Numbered from the stretch's first letter, positions 1-13,259 are shown. The stretch is DNA of 57,245 nucleotides from Octopus bimaculoides (GCF_001194135.2 NC_068986.1:49681827-49739071); one strand, 5' to 3'. Made by a program: numbers and translations. The notes: a model not told the origin generated them from the letters alone.

Positions 1-16
1 ATATACACATATATAT

Positions 17-180
17 GACAGGCTTCTTTTAGTTTCCGTCTACCAAATCCACTCACAAGGCTTTGGTCGGCCCGAGGCTAGAGTAGAAGACACTTGCCCA
101 AGGTGCCACGCAGTGGGACTGAACCCGAAACCATGTGGTTGGTAAGCAAGCTACTTACCACACAGCCACTCCTGCGCCTA
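17..180 (-). mobile_element. SINE family A, tRNA-like head plus CORE-like segment (5' half)
   Basis: Reverse complement nearly identical to the head of the copy at 20785-21196 (ggcgcaggagtggctgtgtggtaag...ggttcagtcccactgcgtggcaccttgggcaagtgtctt); runs off into (AT)n at the window start. Confidence 0.9.
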
Positions 181-212
181 TAGTAATAATAATAATAATA
201 GTAATAATAATA

Positions 213-251
<39 letters not shown>

Positions 252-950
252 GTAGTGAGCAAAGACACACAAACAAAAAAGGTAACATCTGAAATTTAGT
301 GCAAATGGTAGTTTAGCAATATGGCAGAAGGGTGGTGTGGTAAGGGAAGGCGAAACAACAAGGGGAAAAAGGTGAAGGAAAAAGGGTATGGAGGAAGCGA
401 GAGGTAAATACCACGACAATCACCATCACCATCATGGTTTTCAGTCACTACCATTCTCATCACCACCAATAATCCCAATTCATTATTGTTTCTTTCCTTC
501 TCTTTCTCCTCCTCCTCCTCCTCCTCTTCATCATAATAAACACTGCCTTCATATATTTTCACTCCCACATCACAGCAAATCACTCTCACTATTACAAACA
601 TAATTTTCGTCATCGTCATCACCATCATCACGAACACGATGCCATTCTTTACATCATCGTAGTTGTCACTAATTTCCTTTGTATTTATCCTCGTCCACCA
701 CCACCACCACCGTCACCATTTCTTCATCATCATCATCATCATCGTCGTCGTCGTCGTCGACAGCCACGTCATTATTAGAGTCACCATACCACCATTTCTT
801 CCTTCTCACATCATCATCATTGACGTCCATGCTGTTATCATTGTTGCAGCCATTGTTATCCTCACCATTACCCGCTTCCATTGATATCACCATTTTTATG
901 ATGAGCATGCATCATCATCATCGCCATAATCATTGAAAAGAAATAAAAAC
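181..950. repeat. Compound trinucleotide microsatellite / low-complexity tract: (TAA)n, (CCT)n, (CAT)n, (CGT)n, (CAC)n
   Basis: Directly visible; source of the poly-Y/H/S/D ORFs in the track. Confidence 0.95.
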
Positions 951-1039
951 AATGGCACCACAATCAACAACGACAACTACATTACCATTTCTCATTGTCT
1001 GTTCTTTTCCTTTACATACACGCATATGCAAGTAAAACA

Positions 1040-1079
1040 CATCGATATACATATACATACACACATGTACATATATGTA

Positions 1080-1121
<42 letters not shown>

Positions 1122-1613
1122 NNNNNNNNNNNNNNNNNNNNNNNNNNNNNNNNNNNNNNNNNNNNNNNNNNNNNNNNNNNNNNNNNNNNNNNNNNNNNNN
1201 NNNNNNNNNNNNNNNNNNNNNNNNNNNNNNNNNNNNNNNNNNNNNNNNNNNNNNNNNNNNNNNNNNNNNNNNNNNNNNNNNNNNNNNNNNNNNNNNNNNN
1301 NNNNNNNNNNNNNNNNNNNNNNNNNNNNNNNNNNNNNNNNNNNNNNNNNNNNNNNNNNNNNNNNNNNNNNNNNNNNNNNNNNNNNNNNNNNNNNNNNNNN
1401 NNNNNNNNNNNNNNNNNNNNNNNNNNNNNNNNNNNNNNNNNNNNNNNNNNNNNNNNNNNNNNNNNNNNNNNNNNNNNNNNNNNNNNNNNNNNNNNNNNNN
1501 NNNNNNNNNNNNNNNNNNNNNNNNNNNNNNNNNNNNNNNNNNNNNNNNNNNNNNNNNNNNNNNNNNNNNNNNNNNNNNNNNNNNNNNNNNNNNNNNNNNN
1601 NNNNNNNNNNNNN

Positions 1614-1673
<60 letters not shown>

Positions 1674-1830
1674 ATGCAGACTTACACATGTTTCTAAACA
1701 CAAACATATATACATTGATAAGCATACAATACATATACACACATACATACATATATGTTGCATGCATGTGCAAGCATGCATGTGTGTGTATGTGTGCGTG
1801 AGCGTGAGCATATGTGTGTGTGTGTCTCTG
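1040..1830. repeat. (TA)n/(CA)n microsatellite interrupted by assembly gap 1122-1613
   Basis: (TA)n on both sides of the N run. Confidence 0.95.
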
Positions 1831-2159
1831 TGCAAACATCTTCAATGCAAACAAGCCGACAAGAAGCATCGCTTCCATCTATCAGCATCTCGTCTCTGGA
1901 GAACCGATCATGTTAACAGACGTGAAAAGTGTCAAGGCATCTGAGTGGGCATTCGGCACAATATTGACAATATGACAGGCTCAATCAGTTTTACAGTTTT
2001 CTATAGAACGCTGTCATTCCGCTCAAAGCGAACCATTGGCAGAAAAATGGATACACTCGTTAATTTAGTTTAGATGATGTCGGGGACTATGGGAAATGAC
2101 TTCAATATAAACATTCCCTCAATATGCTATCTAGACAACTAACACATCTATTGATTTTC

Positions 2160-2242
2160 ACTTATTATTATTATCATCATCATTATTATTATTATGGTGG
2201 TGGTGGTGGTGGTGGTGACGGTTGTTGGTTGTTATGTATTTA

Positions 2243-2275
<33 letters not shown>

Positions 2276-2660
2276 CATTATCATTGTCATCAATGCTATT
2301 ATCAGTATAATACATTATTATTATTATTATTATTATTAGTTTTTTTTTGTTTACCATTTTTATTGATATATTCGTTCTTCTTCTTCTTATTATTATTATT
2401 GTTCTTATTCCCGTTGCTTTTTGTTATCAGTGTGGTGATTGGTGATGATGATGATGATTGTTGTTTGACTGTAGTTATCATCATCATCATTAAAGAAACA
2501 ACTATTACTAATAACATCACCACCACCACCACTATCATCATAACATTATCACCTGTATCATCATCATCATCACCATCATCATCATCGCCACCACCATCAC
2601 CACCAATGCCAGTACCATCATTCTCATTATCATTCATTATCGTTATTATCATCATTATTA
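2160..2660. repeat. (ATT)n/(GGT)n/(CAT)n low-complexity tract
   Basis: Directly visible. Confidence 0.9.
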
Positions 2661-2892
2661 TCAGAACGGCAGGTAGCTGTGGGGTGGTGCAGTAGCTACC
2701 GATATCATTTATTTATTTATAACGACATGGTCGTTAATGATGATGGTGGTGGCTGTTAGTGTTCTCTCATTATTGTTCTTCATATAAACATTATTATTAC
2801 TGTTGTTGTTGTTGTTGTTGTAGTTGCTTTCGCTTCTCTGTCTTCTCAATATTTCTAAATGATCGATGGAAGTAAAGGGGCAAGTGGATTGT

Positions 2893-2895
<3 letters not shown>

Positions 2896-2943
<48 letters not shown>

Positions 2944-3228
2944 GTGCGTGCGTGCGTGCATGTGCTCGCGCCATGCTACATGTTTTGTTATTTTTGATTG
3001 ATTATAGAGCCAAAATTACACTTGGCTGTCCAAAGCAGGCAAAGAAGCCCTTCAAGGTGTAGATGTGTGCNNNNNNNNNNNNNNNNNNNNNNNAGATAGC
3101 AGGAGGAGGAGGAGGAGAAGAAGAGTAGGAAGAAGAAGGAGAAAGTACATGACAATGTAAGAGGATGTTGGGAAGGAGGTGGGTGTGTCGGAAGACGTAG
3201 GGGAGAGAGGAGAGAGAGAAAGAAAGAA

Positions 3229-3269
<41 letters not shown>

Positions 3270-3400
3270 TGATTGACAAGGAAGAAAGAGAGGAACAAAG
3301 GGACAATGTGAGAGTAAAGCCTGGAAACAAAGGAACAGGTGAGTATAACAATAATGATGACAGAGAGGAGGAGGAGGAGGAGGAGGAGGCACAGCAAAGA
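2896..3400. repeat. (TG)n, (GA)n and (GGA)n microsatellites with a small gap at 3071-3093
   Basis: Directly visible. Confidence 0.9.
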
Positions 3401-3841
3401 GTGATGATGGTGGTGAGGATAACAAAAGGACCTAATAAGTCAAATTGCCTTGATTGATTACTGTCAGGGAGATGAACCTCCATCTGCAAGTTGTTCACAG
3501 GTGGGTGGAAGGGTGGTGTTCTGAGGTAGTGGGTTTTGGTGGCAAGGGTGTGGACAACGGGGGCAGGTATGTCTGATGGAGCGATTGGAATCTATTGGGG
3601 AAAGTGGTGGTGCTGAGAATACAAGCGTATGGTGATGCGTGTGTGTGTGTGTGTGTGGGGGGGGTGCAATTGGTTGATAGATAGACATGTTGATTAATAG
3701 TTAGATCCATTGACAGATATATAGCCAGACATTAAAATGGGTAGATAGACAGATAGATGATTGGTTATATAGACAGACAGACAAATAGGTAGATGATTGG
3801 TTGTATAGACAGAGAGACAGACAGAGAGATAGGTAGATAAG

Positions 3842-3873
<32 letters not shown>

Positions 3874-5294
3874 NNNNNNNNNNNNNNNNNNNNNNNNNNN
3901 NNNNNNNNNNNNNNNNNNNNNNNNNNNNNNNNNNNNNNNNNNNNNNNNNNNNNNNNNNNNNNNNNNNNNNNNNNNNNNNNNNNNNNNNNNNNNNNNNNNN
4001 NNNNNNNNNNNNNNNNNNNNNNNNNNNNNNNNNNNNNNNNNNNNNNNNNNNNNNNNNNNNNNNNNNNNNNNNNNNNNNNNNNNNNNNNNNNNNNNNNNNN
4101 NNNNNNNNNNNNNNNNNNNNNNNNNNNNNNNNNNNNNNNNNNNNNNNNNNNNNNNNNNNNNNNNNNNNNNNNNNNNNNNNNNNNNNNNNNNNNNNNNNNN
4201 NNNNNNNNNNNNNNNNNNNNNNNNNNNNNNNNNNNNNNNNNNNNNNNNNNNNNNNNNNNNNNNNNNNNNNNNNNNNNNNNNNNNNNNNNNNNNNNNNNNN
4301 NNNNNNNNNNNNNNNNNNNNNNNNNNNNNNNNNNNNNNNNNNNNNNNNNNNNNNNNNNNNNNNNNNNNNNNNNNNNNNNNNNNNNNNNNNNNNNNNNNNN
4401 NNNNNNNNNNNNNNNNNNNNNNNNNNNNNNNNNNNNNNNNNNNNNNNNNNNNNNNNNNNNNNNNNNNNNNNNNNNNNNNNNNNNNNNNNNNNNNNNNNNN
4501 NNNNNNNNNNNNNNNNNNNNNNNNNNNNNNNNNNNNNNNNNNNNNNNNNNNNNNNNNNNNNNNNNNNNNNNNNNNNNNNNNNNNNNNNNNNNNNNNNNNN
4601 NNNNNNNNNNNNNNNNNNNNNNNNNNNNNNNNNNNNNNNNNNNNNNNNNNNNNNNNNNNNNNNNNNNNNNNNNNNNNNNNNNNNNNNNNNNNNNNNNNNN
4701 NNNNNNNNNNNNNNGCGTGGTTGGATGGAAAGACATGAAATGTAAATGTCTAATATATAAGAAACAGAAAAGATGGGGGTAAAGACAAAAGAGGGGTAGG
4801 GGAGCGAGGAGGCAGGAGCGAAGGAGAATAAATAGAAATTCTTCTCATCATTATTATTTATAACAAACAAACAAAGATATAGACAGTAAAACAGCGACAG
4901 TAATTGTTGTTGTTGGAGTAAAGGGGGGGGGGAAAGAGCTGCATTTGTTAAATGACCAAGGCTGCTAGTTTCGGAACGAGCGATATGAAACAAAAAAAAA
5001 AAAAATAATAAAAAAAAGAGAGAGAGAAAAGGGGGAAAAAAGGAAGATAAAGACAGTTATCACTGCTATGATACATCATCATCATTATTATTGTTATTAT
5101 TATTATCATTATTATTATTATCGCTAAGTCTGTTGTTTTTGATATTAGTGATATCTGTCTTAGAGATGGTGGCAGGAACAGCGATGGCGGGGCGACATGA
5201 CAACAGCAATTGTCAAGTCAGGGATTGATCTTAACAACACACTAAGATATAACATACATACATACATATAACAAGCATATACATATCTATCTAT

Positions 5295-5326
<32 letters not shown>

Positions 5327-6058
5327 TATATACTAACACACACATGAAATACAGGAAACAGGGTAGGGCTTACAGTGGCATTCCAGCACACACACACACA
5401 CACAACAAAAACAGTGAAAAAAAAAACAACCATACCAAAGAAAGGGAGAAAAATAAGCAAGAAGCACAACAACAATAACAGCAACAACAACAACAATGAT
5501 GACAAACAGGAGCAGGATAATCTATAATTCATTGAGGTGATGTCAAATGGTAAGTATGTTGACTCAGGGTCACCTGCAGGTAGCTATTTACATATTAATG
5601 AATGCATCAAGGGACATAAGAAATTCCACATCTGTGTGGTCCTTTTTTTTTTATTATTGTTGTTGTTGTTGTAACATCTACTCTGAATCTATTAGTTTTA
5701 TTTTTTGGTTTGTTGCTTTCATGTGTACATATTTAAGAATACATACACACATATGTAACAATATATATATATATATATATATATATGATACACGTATATA
5801 TGTAAATAAATATATACACACATACAAGAGAAATGAGACAAATGTTTGTATATTTACATCATGTAAATTTATTGTATATATATCTGTACTGTGCAATATA
5901 GACACAGGCTCTAATATATACATACATAGATATACATGTATGCATGTATATATGCATAACATATATGTATATATAGATATATATATGTGCGTGTGTATGT
6001 ATATGCATATACATATATGTATGTATACATACGTGAATGTGTGCATATATATGTGCAA

Positions 6059-6089
<31 letters not shown>

Positions 6090-6660
6090 GTTACATACAA
6101 TCACAGATATTCCCCGAAGCATGAATACTATATTTTCTGCAAAATTATATGTGAGCCATGAAGTAATACTGTAAAATTTTTAGTTCTTTCTCCAACCAAG
6201 AGCCAAATTTTAATTCATTGAGAATTTATTATCAATATCATCTTAAGAACCACCACCTACCAGAATTATCCTAAAGCAAAAGAATGGGCTCACTTGAATT
6301 ATTTTTCTTGTCTCCTGTGTTTTTTAGCCCCCCCCCCCCTTTATGTAAATTACTAAAACTGTTCAGAACTCATTTTGTTACTTGCAAAAATTCTTAGTCT
6401 ACTGGAATGATTGAGTAGGTTTGAAAAAAAAAAACAATGCTTTGCTGATGAGGTTTAATAAGATGGGTACTAGATGTGGCAAATATGGCGAAAGGCTCAG
6501 GAAGTCCTCATTCAAGTTAAGAAGCATTTCAATGGGATCTCCAAGTCCTGTCTGCTATCATATACATACTTCATGTAACATGAAATTGAACATTTATTTG
6601 ATTTGATAGGAATAAAAAGGATTCTCAAAGTTTCCATTTTCATGATGAGTGAAAACGCTT

Positions 6661-6990
6661 GTAGTCAGAGCCTTGCTTTGCAACCTCATGGTTTTAGGTT
6701 CAGTCCTACTATGCAGCACTTTAAGCAAGTATTTTCTAGTATAGCTCTGAACTGAATAATGCCCAGTGAGTGAATTTGGTAGATGGAAACTGTATGGAAG
6801 CCCATCATATGTGTGTGTGATTGTGTGAGTGCATGTTTGCTCCTCCACTACACAACAAGTGGTGTTGGTTTGTTTACATTCCTGTGAGTTGGCAGCTTGG
6901 CAAAAGAGACTGACAAATAACTACCAGGCTTAAAGAGTTAAGTACTAGGATCAATGTATTCAATTCGGCCCTTTTGGACAGTGGTCCACT
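6661..6990 (+). mobile_element. SINE family A, degenerate
   Basis: ggttcagtcc...gtgagtgaatttggtagatggaaact...(GT)n...ggcaaaagagac landmarks of the family. Confidence 0.7.
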
Positions 6991-7020
6991 GGCTTAAAGA
7001 AGGAAAAAATAATAGAAATA

Positions 7021-7178
7021 CAGGCATGGCTGTGAGGTAACAAACTTGCTTCCCAACCACATAGTTTTGGGATCAGTCCCACTGTAGAGCACCTTGGGCA
7101 AGTGTCTCCTGCTACAGCCTCAGGTCAACCAAAGCCTTGTGAGTGCATTTAATAGACAGAAACTGAAAGAAGCTCATC

Positions 7179-7218
<40 letters not shown>

Positions 7219-7428
7219 GTTTGTGTCTGTGTTTTCCCCCACCACTACCACCATCACCTGATAACTAATGCTGGTGTGTTTAGATCTCTGTAACTTAGCA
7301 GTTTGGCAAAAATGACTAATAGAATAAGTATTAGGCTTACAAAGAATAAGTCCTGGTCTCGATTTGTTTGACTAAAACACCAACGTGGCGACAGTCAAAT
7401 GACCGAAGCAGGTAAAAAAAATAAAAGA
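7021..7428 (+). mobile_element. SINE family A, full length with internal (AT)n
   Basis: Head, ccttgggcaagtgtct, internal (AT)n, and tail agaataagtcctgg...cagtcaaatgaccgaagcaggtaaaa. Confidence 0.85.
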
Positions 7429-8337
7429 TATCAAGAATTTACATTTGTGTCCTTTCTGAAGATGGTAAGACTTCATGGTTACTATTTCCAGCTTGTTAAC
7501 TTATCAGGCTCCTTCTAAATTCTATTGTTTACTTTGTACACAGTCTAATTGATTATTTATATAATTGGAAACAGCTATATGCAGACTCTTGTGGTACATT
7601 CACAGGAATTAGAGAGCTGCCTGGAGCATAAACCAAGACACTCTAAAGAGTAAGAATTTAGTCATGTCTAACCTAGCAGTATGTGGTATGTCCATATTTT
7701 GAAAATACCTCATGGAGGGATTGCCATGCCATGCATAGTTACGGGTAGCCCTTTGGCAAGGCATAGCACCCATTCAGCCACCCTGCCAGAAATATGGCAG
7801 GATCATGGGACTGGAGCATGGTGGGTTGAGAAGAGATAGTGGAAGAGCTCATCTAAGCTAATAGTGCTTCTTACATTGATGCTGAGTGGAGGAATCCTAG
7901 AAATCAACAGTCAGGGTCACGAAGTTCTCTCAAGGGACTAACTGCAATGCATCAATAGGGGTGGCATCCATGATTGTGTAATCAACAAATGAAAGATTCA
8001 TTATAATTTAGGTTCCCAAATCAAATTCATAATAATGGAATTGGATGGCGACAGAGAATCATGGGAAGGCATGAAAGCAGCAAGGAAAAAAAAAAAAAAA
8101 ANNNNNNNNNNNNNNNNNNNNNNNNNNNNNNNNNNNNNNNNNNNNNNNNNNNNNNNNNNNNNNNNNNNNNNNNNNNNNNNNNNNNNNNNNNNNNNNNNNN
8201 NNNNNNNNNNNNNNNNNNNNNNNNNNNNNNNNNNNNNNNNNNNNNNNNNNNNNNNNNNNNNNNNNNNNNNNNNNNNNNNNNNNNNNNNNNNNNNNNNNNN
8301 NNNNNNNNNNNNNNNNNNNNNNNNNNNNNNNNNNNNN

Positions 8338-8586
8338 GGTGGCGAACCCTGCTGTACTCTTTCACCACAACTTTCTCTCACTCTTACTTCCTGTATCTGT
8401 TGTGCCTGTGATTCAAAGGGTCAGTCTTGTCACACTGTGTCACGCTGAATATCCCCGAGAACTATGTTAAGGGTACACGTGTCTGTGGAGTGCTCAGCCA
8501 CTTGCACGTTAATTTCACGAGTAGGCTGTTCCGTTGATCGGATCAACTGGAACCCTCGACGTCGTAAGCGACGGAGTGCCAACAAC
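8338..8586 (+). mobile_element. SINE family C, 3' part (5' part lost in gap 8102-8337)
   Basis: Near-identical to the reverse complement of 39800-40050 and 52549-52800; ends cggagtgccaacaac. Confidence 0.9.
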
Positions 8587-8639
8587 GATCTCTTTGTTTA
8601 CAGATTTTGACAATAGGATTTCTTATTTTTAGCATGACT

Positions 8640-8726
8640 TTAATAGAGCAGGTTTGAGAGGCTGGATCTGGCCAGTTTGAACATACAACAGATAGAATAC
8701 GGCCAGTCTAAATGCCAAAGGGTTAA
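8640..8726 (-). mobile_element. piggyBac-like (TTAACCCTTT-ended) MITE fragment
   Basis: Reverse complement begins ttaaccctttggcattt and aligns with the left part of 13672-13900. Confidence 0.6.
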
Positions 8727-8929
8727 AGACACTGAACTCTAACTTGAACAATTCTTCTAAGGTACAGGCAATAGTGATATAGTCTAGCTTCAGTTAAAAA
8801 TATTTAATTTCTAATTTAAAATTTCCTCTAGGGTACAGGCATAGTCTAATATAGGGGAGCACTGATAGGAGACGACCAAAAGCAATGGGAAGAAGGGAGA
8901 AGTATATTGCAATGAAACAGCCACTTGTA

Positions 8930-9064
8930 GTTGCACAACCTGAAACAGCAGCCAAATCTCTCGAGTCACACATTACAACCATCTTTTAAAAAACAAAGAA
9001 CACATTGACAATATAACCCTTGAAGTAAATATACAAGGATGGTCGTGGTTGGAATGCATTGAAC
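8930..9064 (+). repeat. Interspersed repeat family F (unclassified)
   Basis: aacagcagccaaatct...acacatt...ggatggtc...ggaatg shared with 9380-9545, 14600-14712 and, inverted, 24320-24635 and 42215-42300. Confidence 0.6.
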
Positions 9065-9285
9065 ATCATTATCATCATCATCATCGTCCGCTTTCCATGC
9101 TAGCATGGGTTGGACGATTTAACTGAGGACTGGTGAAACCAGATGGCGACACCAGGCACCAATCTGATTTGGCAGAGTTTCTACAGCTGGATTCCCTTCC
9201 TAACGCCAACCACTCCGAGAGTGTAGTGGGTGCTTTTACGTGCCACCGGCACAAGGGCCAGTCAGACAGGTACTGGCGACGGCAT
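9065..9285 (-). mobile_element. Retroposon family D, 5'-truncated, (GAT)n tail
   Basis: Matches the reverse complement of 26865-27110 and matches 44908-45106. Confidence 0.85.
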
Positions 9286-9379
9286 CTGCCTAATCAATGC
9301 TAACTCAGAACTAAAAAACGGCAACAGGATTATCACCACAATTATTGACAACAGCAGGTCAATAAGAGAGCCTCTATAT

Positions 9380-9545
9380 AGTTGGCAGACCTGGTAGAAA
9401 TAGTAGCCAAATCGCTCTCAAATAACATCATACTATTGTAAAGAAAGAAGGACACATTATATAATGTATGGTCATTGCTGAAATGTTTTTGAACAGGGAT
9501 CACTTGGGGCTAAATACCATCACTAATAACAACAACAACAACAAC
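9380..9545 (+). repeat. Interspersed repeat family F with (AAC)n tail
   Basis: gcagacctggtagaaatagtagccaaatc...ggggctaaa...(AAC)n; similar to the other F copies. Confidence 0.6.
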
Positions 9546-11046
9546 ACCAACAACTAACAGTGCAAACCGCTTTCTCTTGTGCTTCAAGTGTGATTTCCAA
9601 GTCTAAATGGCAATTCCAAAATGCCAAGAGTGTGGAATGAAACTTTCAAGAGAAATTCAAATGTGTGTGTGTGTGTATGTATGTGAAAGTGGAGGAGAGG
9701 AGGGGGCGTGTGTGTGTGTGCATAACACAAGTAATCAGAAGATGACCCCCCACCTACCACACTCCAAAAGAATGTGTATATAAAGAGGGTAAAAAAAGAC
9801 AGAGAAGCACACACACATACAGTTATATATGTATGTACGCATACGCACATGCATACATAAGCATGCCAGAACACACATACATACACACACACACACATCA
9901 ATATGCCAGCACACAAATACACTAACACACACACACACACATACAGCTGAAAATAGGTTCAATTATGCAAAAATTCCTTGCTACCACCTTCCAGGACAAA
10001 AATAGAAAATAATGTGGGGGGGGGGGTTCTTTTTTGTGTAAAATTTTGTTGTTGTTGTTGCTGCTGCTGTTGTAGCACTAGACATTTTTGTTGATGTTAT
10101 CAATATCTCACTAAGAGAGAGAGAGAGAGAGCATCAGTGTCAACACCACCATGAATGTGTGTGTGTGAGAGAGAGNNNNNNNNNNNNNNNNNNNNNNNNN
10201 NNNNNNNNNNNNNNNNNNNNNNNNNNNNNNNNNNNNNNNNNNNNNNNNNNNNNNNNNNNNNNNNNNNNNNNNNNNNNNNNNNNNNNNNNNNNNNNNNNNN
10301 NNNNNNNNNNNNNNNNNNNNNNNNNNNNNNNNNNNNNNNNNNNNNNNNNNNNNNNNNNNNNNNNNNNNNNNNNNNNNNNNNNNNNNNNNNNNNNNNNNNN
10401 NNNNNNNNNNNNNNNNNNNNNNNNNNNNNNNNNNNNNNNNNNNNNNNNNNNNNNNNNNNNNNNNNNNNNNNNNNNNNNNNNNNNNNNNNNNNNNNNNNNN
10501 NNNNNNNNNNNNNNNNNNNNNNNNNNNNNNNNNNNNNNNNNNNNNNNNNNNNNNNNNNNNNNNNNNNNNNNNNNNNNNNNNNNNNNNNNNNNNNNNNNNN
10601 NNNNNNNNNNNNNNNNNNNNNNNNNNNNNNNNNNNNNNNNNNNNNNNNNNNNNNNNNNNNNNNNNNNNNNNNNNNNNNNNNNNNNNNNNNNNNNNNNNNN
10701 NNNNNNNNNNNNNNNNNNNNNNNNNNNNNNNNNNNNNNNNNNNNNNNNNNNNNNNNNNNNNNNNNNNNNNNNNNNNNNNNNNNNNNNNNNNNNNNNNNNN
10801 NNNNNNNNNNNNNNNNNNNNNNNNNNNNNNNNNNNNNNNNNNNNNNNNNNNNNNNNNNNNNNNNNNNNNNNNNNNNNNNNNNNNNNNNNNNNNNNNNNNN
10901 NNNNNNNNNNNNNNNNNNNNNNNNNNNNNNNNNNNNNNNNNNNNNNNNNNNNNNNNNNNNNNNNNNNNNNNNNNNNNNNNNNNNNNNNNNNNNNNNNNNN
11001 NNNNNNNNNNNNNNNNNNNNNNAATTGGGCCATACCATAAATAGTT

Positions 11047-11095
<49 letters not shown>

Positions 11096-11240
11096 TAGTT
11101 GTATACCGCCAACTTAACGTGACAGTCTCAATAAGGAAATATACTACATATATGTATGTATGTATGCATACGCACATGCATACATAGGTATGCTAGAACA
11201 CACATACATACACACACATCAATATGTCAGCACACAAATA

Positions 11241-11845
11241 GTTCATTTTTAATCTAAAATATACTCTCCTTCATTTTCTACAATGCTCTTCCATCTATCT
11301 GGTAGACTTGCAAGGCCGCTCTTCCATATTTCACTTGTCCATGATGAAAAATTCTTCTCCAGTACTATTCTGACCTCGTCTAAAGAATTCATATTTTTTG
11401 TGTCCAAGTGATTTCGAAGACTGCGGAGTAAATGATGATCAGATGGAGCAACGTCTGGCGAATATAGTGGGTGGGGCATTGTTTCCCATTCATACTGCTC
11501 CAGCCTTTGGAATGTCAACCTCGCTGTACGTGACTAAGCATGATCTTCATGGAAGAACACCTTTCCTGTTGAAACCAAACATGGTCGTTATCCTTCTAGT
11601 GCTGACTTAAGCCACTCAAGCTGCTCACAGTAGATCTCCTTTGTTATCATTTCGTTTGGGTTTAAAAGTTCCAAGTGGACTAAACCTTTCATATCCCACC
11701 AAATAGATAACACCTTATGTGGGTGTTTCTCCTTTCCCTACACACTGTTTTCAACACTTGACATTTTTATAGAGAACCCACTTTTTGTCAACAGTCACTA
11801 TTTGGTTGAAAAAAGGTTCATTCATTGTTTTAATGTCTACTTTTC
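11241..11845 (-). pseudogene. mariner (DD34D) transposase, catalytic domain and C-terminus, degenerate
   Basis: Minus-strand translation gives EPFFNQIVTVDKKWVLYKN...WWDMKGLVHLELL...VFFHEDHA*SRTARLTFQRLEQYEWETMPHPLYSPDVAPSDHHLLRSL...WKSIVENEGEYILD*; 34 residues between the second and third D; stops and indels present. Confidence 0.92.
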
Positions 11846-11946
11846 CAAAATTCATTGAGGTGGATTTTCTATGGCTGGATGTCTTTCCCATTGCCAACGT
11901 TCACTTAATAATGATGCTGATGATAATAATAATAACAATAATAATA

Positions 11947-12128
11947 GAGTGCCCAGTAGAACTGTTACAAAAGGTTTGCCTCCTTGGCATGGCCAGAATA
12001 ATCAGAAAAGTATCAGATGGCAGAAAAGAACCGATAGCATAGTACCATAGGCTGCAGGTAGCAAGCCCGCTACACATGCAAGACTCCAGGAGTTCTAATG
12101 AAACTCGTGATAAAAAGAAAATAATAAT
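11947..12128 (+). mobile_element. Extreme 3' end of an RLE-type (R4/Dong-like) non-LTR retrotransposon
   Basis: Encodes ECPVELLQKVCLLGMARIIRKVSD, the LQK..LLG(T)A.I.R C-terminal motif also seen at 23110-23160; a short 3' UTR follows; (AAT)n on both sides. Confidence 0.65.
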
Positions 12129-12341
12129 CCTTGTTACTAAAGGCACAAGGCCTGAAATTTTGGGGTAGGGGCTAGTCAATTATATTCACCCCAGTATTTA
12201 ACTGGTACTTTGCCTTTCGTCCTTTCGCGGTTGATAAACTAAGTCAACCTTGGCAGAATTTGAACTCAGAAAATCAAGTTGGATGAAAAGCTGTCAAGCG
12301 TTTTGCCTGGCATGGTAATGATTCTGTGAGTTCACTACCTT
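12129..12341 (-). mobile_element. SINE family B (B2 tail type)
   Basis: aggcacaaggcctgaaatt...cccagt...actggtactt...gaatttgaactcagaa, matching the other B copies. Confidence 0.8.
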
Positions 12342-12364
12342 AAAAATAATAAAAACAACAAAAG

Positions 12365-12745
12365 CCTATTTACCCATTACATGTTTCAGTCACTAGGCTG
12401 TGGCCATGCTAGGGCACCGCCTTAAAGAATTTTAGTTGCATGAACTGACCCCAGTACTTTATTTTTTTAAGCCTGGTACATTTAGGCTAAATTGCTAAGT
12501 TATGTGGATGTAAACATACCAACACTGGTTTTCAAACAGTGGTGGGAGTCAAACACAAACTGAAAGACACACACACACACACACATACAATGGGATTCTT
12601 TTAGTTTCCAATTACTAAATCCACTCACAAGGCTTTGTTCAGCCCAGAGCTGTAGTAGGTGACACTTGCCCACCGTGTTATGCAGCGGGACTGAACCTGG
12701 AAGCATCTGGTTGGGAAGCAAACTTCTTACCAAACACAGCCCAGC
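12365..12745 (-). mobile_element. SINE family A, full length
   Basis: Tail, internal (CA)n and head all recognisable on the minus strand. Confidence 0.85.
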
Positions 12746-12814
12746 ATAAGTTCTTTGAATAATAAGCACAGTCCAATCAATAAGTTTCCACATAGTTTCC
12801 ATCCACCCAGTTTT

Positions 12815-12945
12815 ACTCCCAGGGCTAGGATCAACTGAGAACTGCAGCAGATGATATGATACTTGCCCCAGGTGAATCAAAGTGGGATTGAACACAAGAC
12901 CTAATTGATTGTGAAGCAAACTCTTTACCCACAGAGCCATTTTGA
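12815..12945 (-). mobile_element. SINE family A head, degenerate
   Basis: acttgccccaggtg...gggattgaac...aagcaaact...cacagagccat. Confidence 0.55.
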
Positions 12946-13259
12946 GAGACATGAATACAGGGACACACACACACACACACACAAAGCATACACATAAGAG
13001 TACTTCTATGTTTTACCATCCTTTCTTCATACTGTCTCTCATTGTTTGTGTTTGTTTTGATGTTGTTGTTGTTGTTGGTATGGTTCAACCATAACATCCA
13101 GGGCAGAAAGAAAAATATGAATACAACTACAATAACAAAACAACAAGAACAATAACACTAACAATGGTAATTGTTTTCCGATCGACAATTCCTTTCTGAA
13201 CTTAGTTTGTTCAATGATCAAAGACAAATATACAAACAAAAAAAACATAATAATAATGA

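Noticed and set aside
3467-3499. Possible 33-nt microexon (tgtcag / GGAGAT...TCACAG / gtgggt; GDEPPSASCSQ)
   Set aside because: Plausible splice dinucleotides but a weak pyrimidine tract and no homology; expected by chance in 57 kb.
5530-5556. Strong donor-like AAATG/GTAAGT
   Set aside because: No convincing acceptor or open exon upstream.
7560-8100. Complex-sequence block that may be a decayed LINE
   Set aside because: I could not recover a recognisable RT or endonuclease motif in any frame.
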